From: Mycolicibacterium smegmatis
Lineage (GTDB): Bacteria > Actinomycetota > Actinomycetes > Mycobacteriales > Mycobacteriaceae
NCBI RefSeq assembly: GCF_001457595.1
Contig: NZ_LN831039.1
Coordinates: 4,290,001-4,322,000, forward strand
DNA: 32,000 nucleotides
Direction of reading: 5' to 3'
A model generated the notes under the pieces. The model ran no database searches and was not told the DNA's origin. It worked only from the letters and a program-made list of their open reading frames with translations. Shown piece by piece: positions 1 to 8,726 of the stretch; within the stretch, counting starts at the first letter, position 1, and each line of letters opens with the position of its first letter. A program made the position numbers and the translations under genes.

Positions 1-250
1 GCGAGCGCAGCACGCGCCACAGGTAGTAGGTGGTCGGCTCGCCCGTGGCCTTGCGTGTGATGCCCTCGTCGGCGCGTTCGACGCGGAACCCGTCGATCAT
101 CAACACCACGATGGGAACCGCGATCAGATAGCCGAACAGCACCAGCGTCAGCAGCCCGATCGCCGTGGTCGGGTTACGCAGCGCGACACGTGCCCGGTAG
201 CCCAGTGCCCGGCGGGGCGGACCGTCCGGCAGCCGAGTCGAAACACTCAC
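1..250 (-). CDS. N-terminal fragment of a membrane protein, possibly an ABC-type transporter permease; runs off the left edge
   Basis: Absent from the ORF track because it is edge-truncated. Reading the reverse complement from GTG (250-248) stays open to position 1: VSVSTRLPDGPPRRALGYRARVALRNPTTAIGLLTLVLFGYLIAVPIVVLMIDGFRVERADEG... Third codon positions are strongly G/C. There is one clear TM helix and an AAGGA Shine-Dalgarno-like motif just upstream. Confidence 0.5.
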   Translation of the reverse strand, partial: MSVSTRLPDGPPRRALGYRARVALRNPTTAIGLLTLVLFGYLIAVPIVVLMIDGFRVERADEGITRKATGEPTTYYLWRVLRS

Positions 251-277
251 GGAAGGGGTCCTTGTCTCTCTACACCG

Positions 278-315
278 AAGACATCCATAAATGTGGATGT
301 CTTGTCATAGTGACA
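278..315. promoter_or_regulatory. Two adjacent palindromes in a divergent intergenic region; candidate GntR-family operator
   Basis: Perfect 10-bp arms AAGACATCCA (278-287) and TGGATGTCTT (294-303) separated by 6 nt. They abut the 13-bp palindrome TGTCATAGTGACA (303-315). The site lies between the divergent permease fragment and the GntR gene. Confidence 0.45.
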
Positions 316-389
316 CAGCTGCGACGAGATGTACATCACCCCGATCAACTTCGGTGGCTCGCCTCACCGCCGCCCCGAGCCGGCTGGCT

Positions 390-395
390 TAGCAT
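390..395 (+). promoter_or_regulatory. -10-like hexamer TAGCAT positioned for a leaderless GntR transcript
   Basis: TAGCAT fits the mycobacterial TANNNT -10 pattern. It ends 6 nt before the GTG start at 402, and no Shine-Dalgarno motif lies between them. Confidence 0.35.
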
Positions 396-401
396 GGTCG
401 G

Positions 402-1166
402 GTGACCCACAGCGCTACCCAACCCGGCGCTATCAGCGACTTCGTCCCGGTCGATCAGTCGGTGTCACTCCCCCTCTACGTGCAGGTGATCGACCAGATC
501 GAGAACGGCATCAGACGCGGCAGCCTCCCGCCAGGTTCGTTCCTGCCCGCCGAGCCACAGCTCGTACGTGACTTCCAAGTGGCCCGCGGCACCCTGCGCC
601 GGGCGATCGACTACCTGATCGACAAGGGTCTGATCGTGCGCGTCCGGGGCGTCGGAACCCGGGTCGCGGCCGCGCCGGGCATCGACAAACCCGGGATCCG
701 CAGTCTGTACGCCGAACTTGCGGCGGCCGACCGCAAACCCGCGACCAAAGTGCTCACCGTCGACACCGCCGAGGCCGACCGCGCATTGTCCGACATCACC
801 GGGTTCGCCATCGGCACACCGTTGCGGATCATCCGCAGGCTACGACTGGCCAACGATCTTCCGGTCGCGGTGATGGAGAACTACTTCCCCGCCGAGTTCC
901 CCGAACCGCGGGTGGACGAACTCACCGAGCGCAGCATGGACGAATACTGGGAACGCATCGGGCATTCCGCCGCGATGGTGCGCCAGGAGGTCATCGCGTG
1001 CCTGCCGACCGCAGAGCAGTCGGCGTTGCTCCGCATCGAGCCAGGGACCCCGATACTCTCCGAACACCTTCGGGTCTATGACGATTCGCGGCAGTTCACC
1101 AACTATTCGCGAAACTTCTACCATCCCACGCTGTACCGGATGACCTCGGTCTCCACCACTCAGTGA
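402..1166 (+). CDS. GntR/HutC-family transcriptional regulator (N-terminal winged HTH plus UTRA-like effector domain)
   Basis: 254 aa. LPLYVQVIDQIENGIRRGSLPPGSFLPAEPQLVRDFQVARGTLRRAIDYLIDKGLIVRVRGVGTRV is a typical GntR HTH. The C-terminal ~150 aa has the size expected for HutC/UTRA. GTG start. Confidence 0.85.
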   Translation: MTHSATQPGAISDFVPVDQSVSLPLYVQVIDQIENGIRRGSLPPGSFLPAEPQLVRDFQVARGTLRRAIDYLIDKGLIVRVRGVGTRVAAAPGIDKPGIRSLYAELAAADRKPATKVLTVDTAEADRALSDITGFAIGTPLRIIRRLRLANDLPVAVMENYFPAEFPEPRVDELTERSMDEYWERIGHSAAMVRQEVIACLPTAEQSALLRIEPGTPILSEHLRVYDDSRQFTNYSRNFYHPTLYRMTSVSTTQ

Positions 1167-1175
1167 CGGCCCGGC

Positions 1176-1568
1176 TCAGTATTCCTGCGGTTTCACCGCC
1201 AGCACCGGTTTGGGGCACTCCAGCAGCAACCGCTGCGACACGCTGCCGAGCAGGAGCTTGCCCACCGGGCTGCGGTGGCGGATCCCGATCACCAGCAGCT
1301 CGGCGTCGGGCCTGTCCATGGCGGTGAGCAGTTCCTCGGCCGCGTCCACGCCCACCGGCTGCCGGATCTCGAACGGCACGCCGCTGTCCCGCAGATGCTC
1401 CTCGACGTCGTGGACCTCGCCCGAGCGCGCGAACCGCGCGTCGACGTAGGCGTCACCCGCGGTCGCGTTGATCACCAGCACGCCGGTGTCCCGCCGATTG
1501 GCCTCGGCGATCCCGTGTTCGATCGCGGCCCGGCCGAACTGATCCGCGCTGTAGCCGATGACGATCAT
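1176..1568 (-). CDS. Universal stress protein (UspA family), single domain
   Basis: 130 aa. The pattern ...[37 protein letters not shown] is the Usp C-terminal ATP-binding-type motif. Its ATG (1568-1566) overlaps the tctA stop as ATGA. Confidence 0.85.
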   Translation of the reverse strand: MIVIGYSADQFGRAAIEHGIAEANRRDTGVLVINATAGDAYVDARFARSGEVHDVEEHLRDSGVPFEIRQPVGVDAAEELLTAMDRPDAELLVIGIRHRSPVGKLLLGSVSQRLLLECPKPVLAVKPQEY

Positions 1569-3112
1569 CGCTGGGCCTGCGCTTTCTCCTGCTGATCCAC
1601 ATCGTCCTCGACGATCAACAGCGTCTCCTCACTGCGGTGCATCAACCTGAGCACCAGCGGCATGAGCAGCAGGATCGCCATGAGGACATAGACCACGATC
1701 GCGACCGGTTCGGTGAACAGGCTCGACCAGTCACCGCCACCGAGCTGAAGGCTCTGGCGCAGTTGCCGTTCGATGCGCGGGCCGAGGATCACGCCGATGA
1801 TGAGCGGCAGCACCGGAAGCCCGAAGCGGCGCATCATGAGACCCAGCAGCCCGAACACCAACAGCAGCGCCAGATCCAGCGCCTGCACGTTCACCGCGAG
1901 CGCACCCAGCGTCGCGAAGAACAGGATGCCGGCGTACAGGTAGGGCCGCGGAGTGCGCAGCAGCCGCGCCCACAGTGGCGCCAGCGGCAGGTTGAGGACC
2001 AAGAGCAGGAAGTTGCCGATGAACAGGCTCGCGATCAGCGTCCAGATCAGCAGCGGCTCCTTCTCGAAAAGCGTTGGACCGGGCTGGATTCCGTAGGACA
2101 CGAACGCCGTGAGCATGACCGCCGCGGTGGCGTTGGTGGGCAGACCCAGCGACAGCATGGGAACCAACGTTCCTGCGGCCGAGGCGTTGTTGGCCGCCTC
2201 CGGGCCTGCGACACCTTCGATCGCTCCCTTGCCGAACTCCTCGGGGTGCTTGGACAGGCGTTTCTCGGTGATGTAGGACAAAAACGTCGGCAGCTCCGCG
2301 CCGCCGGCGGGCAGCGCACCGAACGGGAATCCGTATGCGGTGCCGCGCAGCCACGGCTTCCAGGACCGGCCGAAGTCCTCGCGGCTCATCCACGGCCGAC
2401 CCACCGGGATCACGTCGGCGGGGCGGCGCCGCAGATGCGCCGCGACCCACAACGCCTCGCCGAGGGCGAAGATCGCCACCGCGATGACCACGATGTCGAT
2501 GCCGTCGCTCAACAGCGGCAGTCCGAACGTCGCGCGCGGCTGCCCGGTGAGGAAATCGATGCCGACGCAGCCGATGGCCAGGCCGAGGAACAGCGAGATC
2601 GCACCGCGCAGCTTGGAGGCACCGAGCACCGCGGTCACCGCGACCAGTGCAAACAGCATGATCGCCAGATACGACGGAGCCCCGAGAGTGACCGCGAACC
2701 GTGAGATGGGCGGTGCGAACGCGGCCAGCAGCGCGGTGCCGATCGCACCGGCGACGAACGATCCGATGGCCGCGGTCGCCAGCGCCTGTGCGGCACGGCC
2801 GGCCTTGGCCATCTTGTTGCCCTCGATCGCGGTGATCACCGACGAGGATTCGCCAGGGGTGTTCAGCAGGATCGACGTCGTGGAACCGCCGTACATGCCG
2901 CCGTAGAAGATGCCGGCGAACATGATGAACGCCGCACTGGGGCTGACGTTGTAGGTCACCGGCAGCAGCAGCGCCACCGTCATCGCCGGTCCGATGCCCG
3001 GCAGCACACCCACCGCGGTGCCGAGCAGCACGCCGATCACGGCGTACAGCAGGTTCATCGGGGTGGCCGCCTCGGCGAACCCCTGCATCAACCAGTCGAA
3101 GTTCTCCATCAC
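1565..3112 (-). CDS. tctA: Tripartite tricarboxylate transporter large permease TctA
   Basis: 515 aa, multi-span and Gly/Ala/Leu-rich. The N-terminus ...[34 protein letters not shown] and the segments [14 protein letters not shown] and AANNA are typical of the TctA family. It is followed by small tctB and tctC partners. Confidence 0.9.
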   Translation of the reverse strand: MMENFDWLMQGFAEAATPMNLLYAVIGVLLGTAVGVLPGIGPAMTVALLLPVTYNVSPSAAFIMFAGIFYGGMYGGSTTSILLNTPGESSSVITAIEGNKMAKAGRAAQALATAAIGSFVAGAIGTALLAAFAPPISRFAVTLGAPSYLAIMLFALVAVTAVLGASKLRGAISLFLGLAIGCVGIDFLTGQPRATFGLPLLSDGIDIVVIAVAIFALGEALWVAAHLRRRPADVIPVGRPWMSREDFGRSWKPWLRGTAYGFPFGALPAGGAELPTFLSYITEKRLSKHPEEFGKGAIEGVAGPEAANNASAAGTLVPMLSLGLPTNATAAVMLTAFVSYGIQPGPTLFEKEPLLIWTLIASLFIGNFLLLVLNLPLAPLWARLLRTPRPYLYAGILFFATLGALAVNVQALDLALLLVFGLLGLMMRRFGLPVLPLIIGVILGPRIERQLRQSLQLGGGDWSSLFTEPVAIVVYVLMAILLLMPLVLRLMHRSEETLLIVEDDVDQQEKAQAQR

Positions 3113-3645
3113 AGAATCCCGTCCAGAATGCCTGCGGGCAGCGGGATCCCGAGCCCGGAGTAGAACGCGTAGAAGCTCAGCACCGACAGCACCGCACCGA
3201 TCGCGATGTTGCGGACGTAGTGGTGGTTGCCCAGGACCGTTGCCGCACCGGCGAACAACAGTGCACCGGTGATCGCCCAGCCCAGCGGTTGCACGAGCAC
3301 GATCACCGCGACGAACAACCCGACCAGCAAGCCCACGGTGCGCCAGTCCCCCGGCGAGTTCGGGTCGACGTCTTCACCGGCGTCGGCCTCGCCGACCGAT
3401 CCGCGGGGTATCGCGATCGCCAGCACCGCCGCCAGCGCGATGAGCACTACGCCGATGCCCAGCGGGAACATCCGTGGCCCCACGGGATCCACCTTCGCGA
3501 AACCTTCGGCCAGGGTCAGGGCGTCGTAGATGAGGAACGCGCCGACGGCGACCAGCACGGCGCACACGAGGTACTGCGCGCGATCGACCCTGCGCTCACG
3601 GATTTCGGTCCCGGCTTCTGCGTTGGGCAGCGAATCCTCGGTCAT
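3109..3645 (-). CDS. tctB: Tripartite tricarboxylate transporter small permease TctB
   Basis: The track ORF 3109..4179 is over-extended into tctC in another frame. The credible start is ATG 3645-3643 ([12 protein letters not shown]...), which overlaps the tctC stop as ATGA. That gives 178 aa with 4 predicted TM helices, and its stop overlaps the tctA start. Confidence 0.8.
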   Translation of the reverse strand: MTEDSLPNAEAGTEIRERRVDRAQYLVCAVLVAVGAFLIYDALTLAEGFAKVDPVGPRMFPLGIGVVLIALAAVLAIAIPRGSVGEADAGEDVDPNSPGDWRTVGLLVGLFVAVIVLVQPLGWAITGALLFAGAATVLGNHHYVRNIAIGAVLSVLSFYAFYSGLGIPLPAGILDGIL

Positions 3646-4637
3646 AGCAACCCCAAATCGGTCAGCGTCGTCGAGACGCGCTCGTCCTGGTCCTTGAGGA
3701 ACTGCTCGAATTCCGGCCCCGTGGTGAAGGCGTCGCTCCAGCCGTTCTTGACCATGGCTTCCTTCCACTGGTCGGTGTCGTGCAGTTCGGTGAGCGCGCC
3801 CACCATGGCGTCGCGCGCGTCGTCGGAAATGCCCGGCGGCGCAAGCACTCCGCGCCAGTTGGTGAACGTCAGATCGATACCGGCCTCGGTGAGGGTCGGT
3901 GCGTCGATGCCCTGGACCCGCTCGGCGCCGGACACCGCGAGCACGCGGACCTGTCCCGCCTCGATCTGGTCGACGAACTCGCCGAGGCCGGTGGTCCCCG
4001 CCGCGATCTTCTTGCCCAGCAACGCCGTCAACAGGTCGCCGCCACCGTCGTAGGTGATGTAGTTGACCTGGCGCGGATCGACACCCACCGCACGCGCGGT
4101 CTCCATCGGGAACAGATGGTCCGGCCCGCCCGGCGAGGATCCGCCACCGATCGAGACCTTCGACGGATCGGCCTTCCACGCCGCCACCAGGTCACCGATG
4201 GTGCGGAACGGTGAATCGCCGGGAACGAGGATTCCCTCCTGCTCCTCGACCATCTTCGCCAGTGCGGTCGCGTCGGAGGCACGCGCCGACGAACCGTTGG
4301 TGTACACCGCGCCGACCACGCCGAGCCCCATCATCATCATGAGGTCGTCGTTGCCCCGTTCGTTCATCAACCGCGCCATCGCCACGGTGCCGCCCGCGCC
4401 GATCACGTTGAACACCTCGATGCGCCCGGTGATGTCGGTGTCCTCCATGATCTTCACCGCCGTGCGTGCGGTGAGGTCGTAACCGCCGCCGGGGCTGTTC
4501 GGCACCATCATGCGCAGGCGGTGCAGGCCGCGGGATTCGTCGCCGCGCGTGACGCCGCACGCGGTCACCAGCGTCACCGCGAGCAGCACGGCCACCAACG
4601 CGGCCCACAATTGTCGAAGCCTCACTGCAGTCCCCAA
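3642..4637 (-). CDS. tctC: Tripartite tricarboxylate transporter substrate-binding protein TctC (Bug family), probable lipoprotein
   Basis: 331 aa with a signal peptide and lipobox LVTAC-G. The body is typical of Bug/TctC (GGGYDLTAR..., NVIGAGGTVA). Start is TTG at 4637, or in-frame GTG at 4625 preceded by GGGGA. Confidence 0.85.
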   Translation of the reverse strand: MGTAVRLRQLWAALVAVLLAVTLVTACGVTRGDESRGLHRLRMMVPNSPGGGYDLTARTAVKIMEDTDITGRIEVFNVIGAGGTVAMARLMNERGNDDLMMMMGLGVVGAVYTNGSSARASDATALAKMVEEQEGILVPGDSPFRTIGDLVAAWKADPSKVSIGGGSSPGGPDHLFPMETARAVGVDPRQVNYITYDGGGDLLTALLGKKIAAGTTGLGEFVDQIEAGQVRVLAVSGAERVQGIDAPTLTEAGIDLTFTNWRGVLAPPGISDDARDAMVGALTELHDTDQWKEAMVKNGWSDAFTTGPEFEQFLKDQDERVSTTLTDLGLL

Positions 4638-4687
4638 TCACTGCGTCCCGAAGAAAAGGTGATGCTCAGCCATACTGGACCCGACGA

Positions 4688-4701
4688 GTGACCCAGGTCA
4701 C
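4688..4701. promoter_or_regulatory. Perfect 14-bp palindrome GTGACCCAGGTCAC; candidate CRP-type (GTGA-N6-TCAC) or response-regulator site
   Basis: Read directly in the 93-nt divergent tctC / sensor-kinase intergenic region. The core and spacing match the TGTGA-N6-TCACA class. Confidence 0.35.
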
Positions 4702-4730
4702 CAATTCGAACGCAAAGGAAGTTTTGGTCT

Positions 4731-6401
4731 TTGAGTTCAACCCAGAGTTCACCGCTCGCGCGGCTGCGCAGCCTGCCCGGCGACCGGGTACATGCGGCCA
4801 GCCTGGCCGGCCGGTTCCTGGTCTTCCAACTGCTGGTGGTCGCCGTCGTCCTCGGCGCGGTGGCCGCGATCTCGGTGGCGCAGTCCACCCGCGAGTTCCG
4901 TGAGGTGCGCGGCCAGCGCATGATCGCCGTCGCCGAGAACGTGGCGTCCACCCCCATCGTGCGCGACCGCTACGCCGATCCGTTCGCGACCAGGATCCTC
5001 GCGCCCGAGGTCGACCGCGCGGTCGCCCTCTCGGGTGCCGACCTGGTCGAGATCACCGATCCCGCCGGCGTTGTGCGGGCGTCGTCGGAACCGGCCCGGG
5101 TCGGGCAGCGCATCGACCTGGACACCAGCCGCGCCGACGAGGGGCGCTCGTGGTTCGGGGACGACACGATCGATGGCCTGCACAGCCTCGTCGGGCAGGT
5201 GCCGGTCCTGGCGCCGTCCGGCGAGCCCCTGGCCATCGTCTCGGCCAGCGAGCACTACCCGTCGGTGTGGGAACTGCTCAGCGGCTCCGGCGAACGGTTG
5301 CTGATCTACCTCGGGATCGGCGCCGCACTCGGGCTGTTCACCTCATGGTTGCTGTCGCGGCGCATCAAACGCCATACCCGCGGCCTGGACATCGCCGAGA
5401 TCGCGAGCCTTGCCGATCACCGAGAAGCACTGCTGCACAGCATCCGAGAGGGCGTCGTCGCGGTGAACACCGACGGGTCCGTGACAGTGCTCAACGACAG
5501 CGCGTGCGAACTGCTGGGCATCGGCCCCGACGCGGTCGGCCGCCACGTGGGCGCCATCGGGCTCGAACCGGCCGTGGTGGACTTCCTGCTGTCCGGCCAC
5601 GACGCCCGCACCGACGAGACCGCGAACGAGAGCGACGTCATCATCGCGACCCGCACCCGCGTGCTGGCGCTCAACCGGCGCGCGGCCAGCAGCCAGGGGC
5701 ACCGCATCGGTACCGTGACCACCATGCGCGACAGCACCGAACTCGCTGCGCTGCAGGCACAGTTGTCCTCGCACCGCAGTGTCACCGATACATTGCGTGC
5801 CCAGACCCACGAGTTCGCCAACCAGTTGCACACCATCTCCGGACTGGTCCAGCTCGGCGAGTTCGACGCGGTCCGAGATCTGGTCGGCACCTTGACCCGT
5901 CGCCGAGCCGAGATCAACGATGCTGTCACCCAACATGTTTCCGATCCCGCTGTCGCGGCACTGCTGATCGCGAAAACCTCGCTGGCGGCCGAACGCGGGG
6001 TCGCGCTGAACCTCACCGACGACAGTCACCTGGCCGCACTGGATCCGGCGCTGGCCACCGACGTCATCACGCTGCTGGGCAACCTGGTGGACAACGCCGT
6101 AGACGTATCGGCCGTGCCCGGCGGTTCGTCCGCCGCACACGTCTCGGTGCGCCTGGACGACTCGGCCGGGCTGCTGCTGCAGGTGTCGGATTCGGGTCCC
6201 GGCGTGCCCGCACACCTGCGCGAGTCGATCTTCGCGCGCGGCGTGACGTCGAAACCGGACGTGCCGGGCGGGCGCGGCATCGGCCTCGCGCTGGTGCGGC
6301 TCGTGACCGCACAGCACGGCGGCAGCATCGAGGTCACCGACGGCCCGGGCGGCGGCGCGTCGTTCGTCGTGCGGCTTCCGGAGGTGACCGCCCGTGCGTG
6401 A
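4731..6401 (+). CDS. CitA/DcuS-family sensor histidine kinase
   Basis: 556 aa. Two TM helices flank a ~150-aa extracytoplasmic domain. There is a PAS segment (REGVVAVNTDGSVTVLNDSACELLGI), an H-box HEFANQLHTISGLVQLGEFD typical of the CitA/DcuS family, and an ATPase domain (LGNLVDNAVD, DSGPGVP, GRGIGLALV). TTG start preceded by AAGGAAG. Confidence 0.88.
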   Translation: MSSTQSSPLARLRSLPGDRVHAASLAGRFLVFQLLVVAVVLGAVAAISVAQSTREFREVRGQRMIAVAENVASTPIVRDRYADPFATRILAPEVDRAVALSGADLVEITDPAGVVRASSEPARVGQRIDLDTSRADEGRSWFGDDTIDGLHSLVGQVPVLAPSGEPLAIVSASEHYPSVWELLSGSGERLLIYLGIGAALGLFTSWLLSRRIKRHTRGLDIAEIASLADHREALLHSIREGVVAVNTDGSVTVLNDSACELLGIGPDAVGRHVGAIGLEPAVVDFLLSGHDARTDETANESDVIIATRTRVLALNRRAASSQGHRIGTVTTMRDSTELAALQAQLSSHRSVTDTLRAQTHEFANQLHTISGLVQLGEFDAVRDLVGTLTRRRAEINDAVTQHVSDPAVAALLIAKTSLAAERGVALNLTDDSHLAALDPALATDVITLLGNLVDNAVDVSAVPGGSSAAHVSVRLDDSAGLLLQVSDSGPGVPAHLRESIFARGVTSKPDVPGGRGIGLALVRLVTAQHGGSIEVTDGPGGGASFVVRLPEVTARA

Positions 6402-7068
6402 TGTACTCGTCGTCGACGACGACTTCATGGTCGCCGAGATCCACCGGCGCTTCGTCGAACGCGTCGACGGCTTCCGCGCCGTCGGTGTCGCGCGCACCGG
6501 GACCGAAGCGCTGGCCTCCGCGCAGAATCTGCGACCCGACCTGATCCTGCTCGACGTCTATCTGCCCGACATGACGGGGCTGGAGGTGTTGCAACGTCTG
6601 CGCGCCGACGGAAACCTGGTCGGGGTCATCATGATCACCGCGGCCCGCGAACTCGACACGGTCCGTGGCGCATTGGACGGCGGGGCGGCCGACTACCTGA
6701 TCAAACCGTTCGAGTTCGACCACCTGCGGACCAAACTCGAGGCGTTCGCCGCGCGTGCCGACGCGCTGGCGGCCGACGGCGGTGCCGACCAATCCATGAT
6801 CGACGCGCTGTTCGGCGGCTCGTCACCGGCGACGGCCTCGCCCCTGCCCAAGGGTCTCGGCGCCGAGACCGGGCGGCTGGTGATGGACGCGGTGCGCAAC
6901 GCCGGGGAGGTGTCGGCGGCGCAATGCGCCGAGCTGGTCGGGATCTCCCGTGTGAGCGCACGGCGCTACCTCGAGCACTACCTGAGCACCGGCGCGCTGG
7001 AGTTGCGGTTGCAGTACGGCACCGGACGGCCCGAGCGGCGCTACCGGATCCCCGACCGGATGCGGTAG
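6394..7068 (+). CDS. CitB/DcuR-family response regulator (receiver plus C-terminal HTH)
   Basis: 224 aa with receiver motifs VLVVDDD, DLILLDVYLPDMTG and DYLIKPF, plus a C-terminal HTH (AAQCAELVGISRVSARRYLEHY). The GTG start overlaps the kinase gene end by 8 nt. Confidence 0.88.
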   Translation: MRDVLVVDDDFMVAEIHRRFVERVDGFRAVGVARTGTEALASAQNLRPDLILLDVYLPDMTGLEVLQRLRADGNLVGVIMITAARELDTVRGALDGGAADYLIKPFEFDHLRTKLEAFAARADALAADGGADQSMIDALFGGSSPATASPLPKGLGAETGRLVMDAVRNAGEVSAAQCAELVGISRVSARRYLEHYLSTGALELRLQYGTGRPERRYRIPDRMR

Positions 7069-7261
7069 CCGGATGCCCGGGCTGTTCGCGGTGTACCGAT
7101 CGTCGTTGCCGCACAACGGATCACGTCGGGCCCACGGCGGAATCGGGCAAACGGCTCAGTGAGCGGCCTGGACGGTCGATCGCACCTGCCGCCGACGTTC
7201 GACGCGGCGTGATCGAGAACACCCGGCCGGACGCCCATGCGAGGGACACGCTGCCAGACGC

Positions 7262-8002
7262 GTGCTGAATAATGCTGGTGTGGCACCGAAAGTCCTGTTC
7301 ATCCACAACGAACACATGTGCACCGAGGCGATGCTCGGCGACGCATTCTCCGAGTGCGGCTTCGACATCGAGACCTTCGAGGTGGTCCCGCCCGAGCGCG
7401 TGGAAACCCCGGCCGGCGACGTCGCATTCCCGGATCCCACCGCATACGACGTGATCGTGCCCCTCGGCGCGCGGTGGCCCGTGTACGAGCAGTCCCTGGT
7501 CGGCACCTGGGTGACCGCCGAGATGGACATGATGCGCAAGGCCGCCGACGCCGGTGTCGGCATCCTCGGGGTGTGCTTCGGCGGACAGTTGCTGGCCCAG
7601 ACGTTCGGTGGTTCGGTCGCACGCGCCGAGACCGCGGAGGTCGGCTGGTTCGAACTCGACACCGACGATGCCGGGCTGATCGCCCCGGGCCCGTGGTTCC
7701 AGTGGCACTTCGACCGCTGGACGGTGCCGCCGGGCGCCACCGAGATCGCGCGGACGTCACGGTCGTCGCAGGCCTTCGTGCTGGGACGTGCGCTGGCGCT
7801 GCAGTTCCACCCCGAGGTGGATGTCGATCTGCTGGAGGGCTGGCTGGCCGACGACCGCGAGGGCATTTCCGGCAAGCTCGGTTACAACCACGACGACTTG
7901 CGTTTGCGCACAAAGGAACTCGTCGACGACGCGGCCGTGCGCGTGCGTGAGCTCGTGCGGGCGTTCCTCGACAAGGTGGTCCGGGCCGACCCTGCGTCGT
8001 AG
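7262..8002 (+). CDS. Class I glutamine amidotransferase (GuaA-like stand-alone GATase domain)
   Basis: Catalytic Cys context GVCFGGQLL and His/Glu context LQFHPE. The start is uncertain: GTG 7262, or in-frame GTG 7280 which sits 6 nt after AATAAT (7268-7273) and would be leaderless. Confidence 0.8.
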   Translation: MLNNAGVAPKVLFIHNEHMCTEAMLGDAFSECGFDIETFEVVPPERVETPAGDVAFPDPTAYDVIVPLGARWPVYEQSLVGTWVTAEMDMMRKAADAGVGILGVCFGGQLLAQTFGGSVARAETAEVGWFELDTDDAGLIAPGPWFQWHFDRWTVPPGATEIARTSRSSQAFVLGRALALQFHPEVDVDLLEGWLADDREGISGKLGYNHDDLRLRTKELVDDAAVRVRELVRAFLDKVVRADPAS

Positions 8003-8047
8003 GCTGGAGCGGTCGGAAGCAGATCCGCAAGACCGCAGACAGGCCAG

Positions 8048-8725
8048 ATGAGCGCATGGAGCGTCCGTCACGACGCCATCCGCACATTCCAGGATCGCCG
8101 CGAGGCAGGCCGGGTCCTGGCGCAGCGCCTGTCGTCCTATCGCGATGATCCCGACGTGCTCGTCCTGGGACTCGCCCGCGGCGGCGTTCCGGTCGCGTGG
8201 GAGGTGGCGGCTCACCTGCGGGCACCGCTCGACGTGTTCCTGGTGCGCAAGCTGGGGGTTCCGCAGTGGCAGGAACTCGCGATGGGGGCCGTGGCCTCAG
8301 GCGGCGGCGTGGTGCTCAACGAGAAGTTGATGGACCGGCTCGGCATCAGCGACGACGACATGGCCGAGACGCTGCGCCGCGAGACGATCGAACTTGAGCG
8401 CCGCGAGCAGGCCTACCGCGGCGACCGCGAACCGCTGCAGGTCGCGGGCCGGACGGTGATCCTGGTCGACGACGGCATCGCCACGGGAGCCAGCATGATG
8501 GCCGCGGTACGCGCGGTCCGCGGCGCGCGGCGCGTGGTGGTTGCGGTTCCCGTGGGCCCGCCCGGGGTGTGCCGGGAACTGGCGGCCGAGGCCGACGACG
8601 TGGTGTGCGCGAGCATGCCGCAGGACTTCGAGGCCGTCGGACAGGCGTTCGCAGACTTCCACCAGGTCAGCGACGACGAGGTGCGCGAATTGCTCGCGAC
8701 ACCGACCACCGACCCGGTGCGGTGA
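8048..8725 (+). CDS. Phosphoribosyltransferase-domain protein (COG1926-like), substrate unknown
   Basis: 225 aa with the PRPP-binding loop [14 protein letters not shown] and an N-terminal FxDRxEAG...[11 protein letters not shown] pattern typical of this PRTase subfamily. Confidence 0.8.
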   Translation: MSAWSVRHDAIRTFQDRREAGRVLAQRLSSYRDDPDVLVLGLARGGVPVAWEVAAHLRAPLDVFLVRKLGVPQWQELAMGAVASGGGVVLNEKLMDRLGISDDDMAETLRRETIELERREQAYRGDREPLQVAGRTVILVDDGIATGASMMAAVRAVRGARRVVVAVPVGPPGVCRELAAEADDVVCASMPQDFEAVGQAFADFHQVSDDEVRELLATPTTDPVR

Positions 8726-8726
8726 G

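Noticed and set aside
3109-4179. A 356-aa version of the ORF that contains tctB.
   Set aside because: Its upstream two-thirds overlap tctC in a different frame and translate to Arg/Gly/Pro-rich nonsense. An ATG at 3645 overlaps the tctC stop as ATGA and gives a typical 4-TM TctB.
7262-8725. A PRTase-domain protein as a possible anti-phage effector, since PRTase effectors occur in some retron and other defence modules.
   Set aside because: There is no reverse transcriptase, ncRNA-like inverted repeats, ATPase, nuclease or other defence partner nearby. The neighbours are housekeeping or metabolic, and there are no flanking mobility genes or compositional break.
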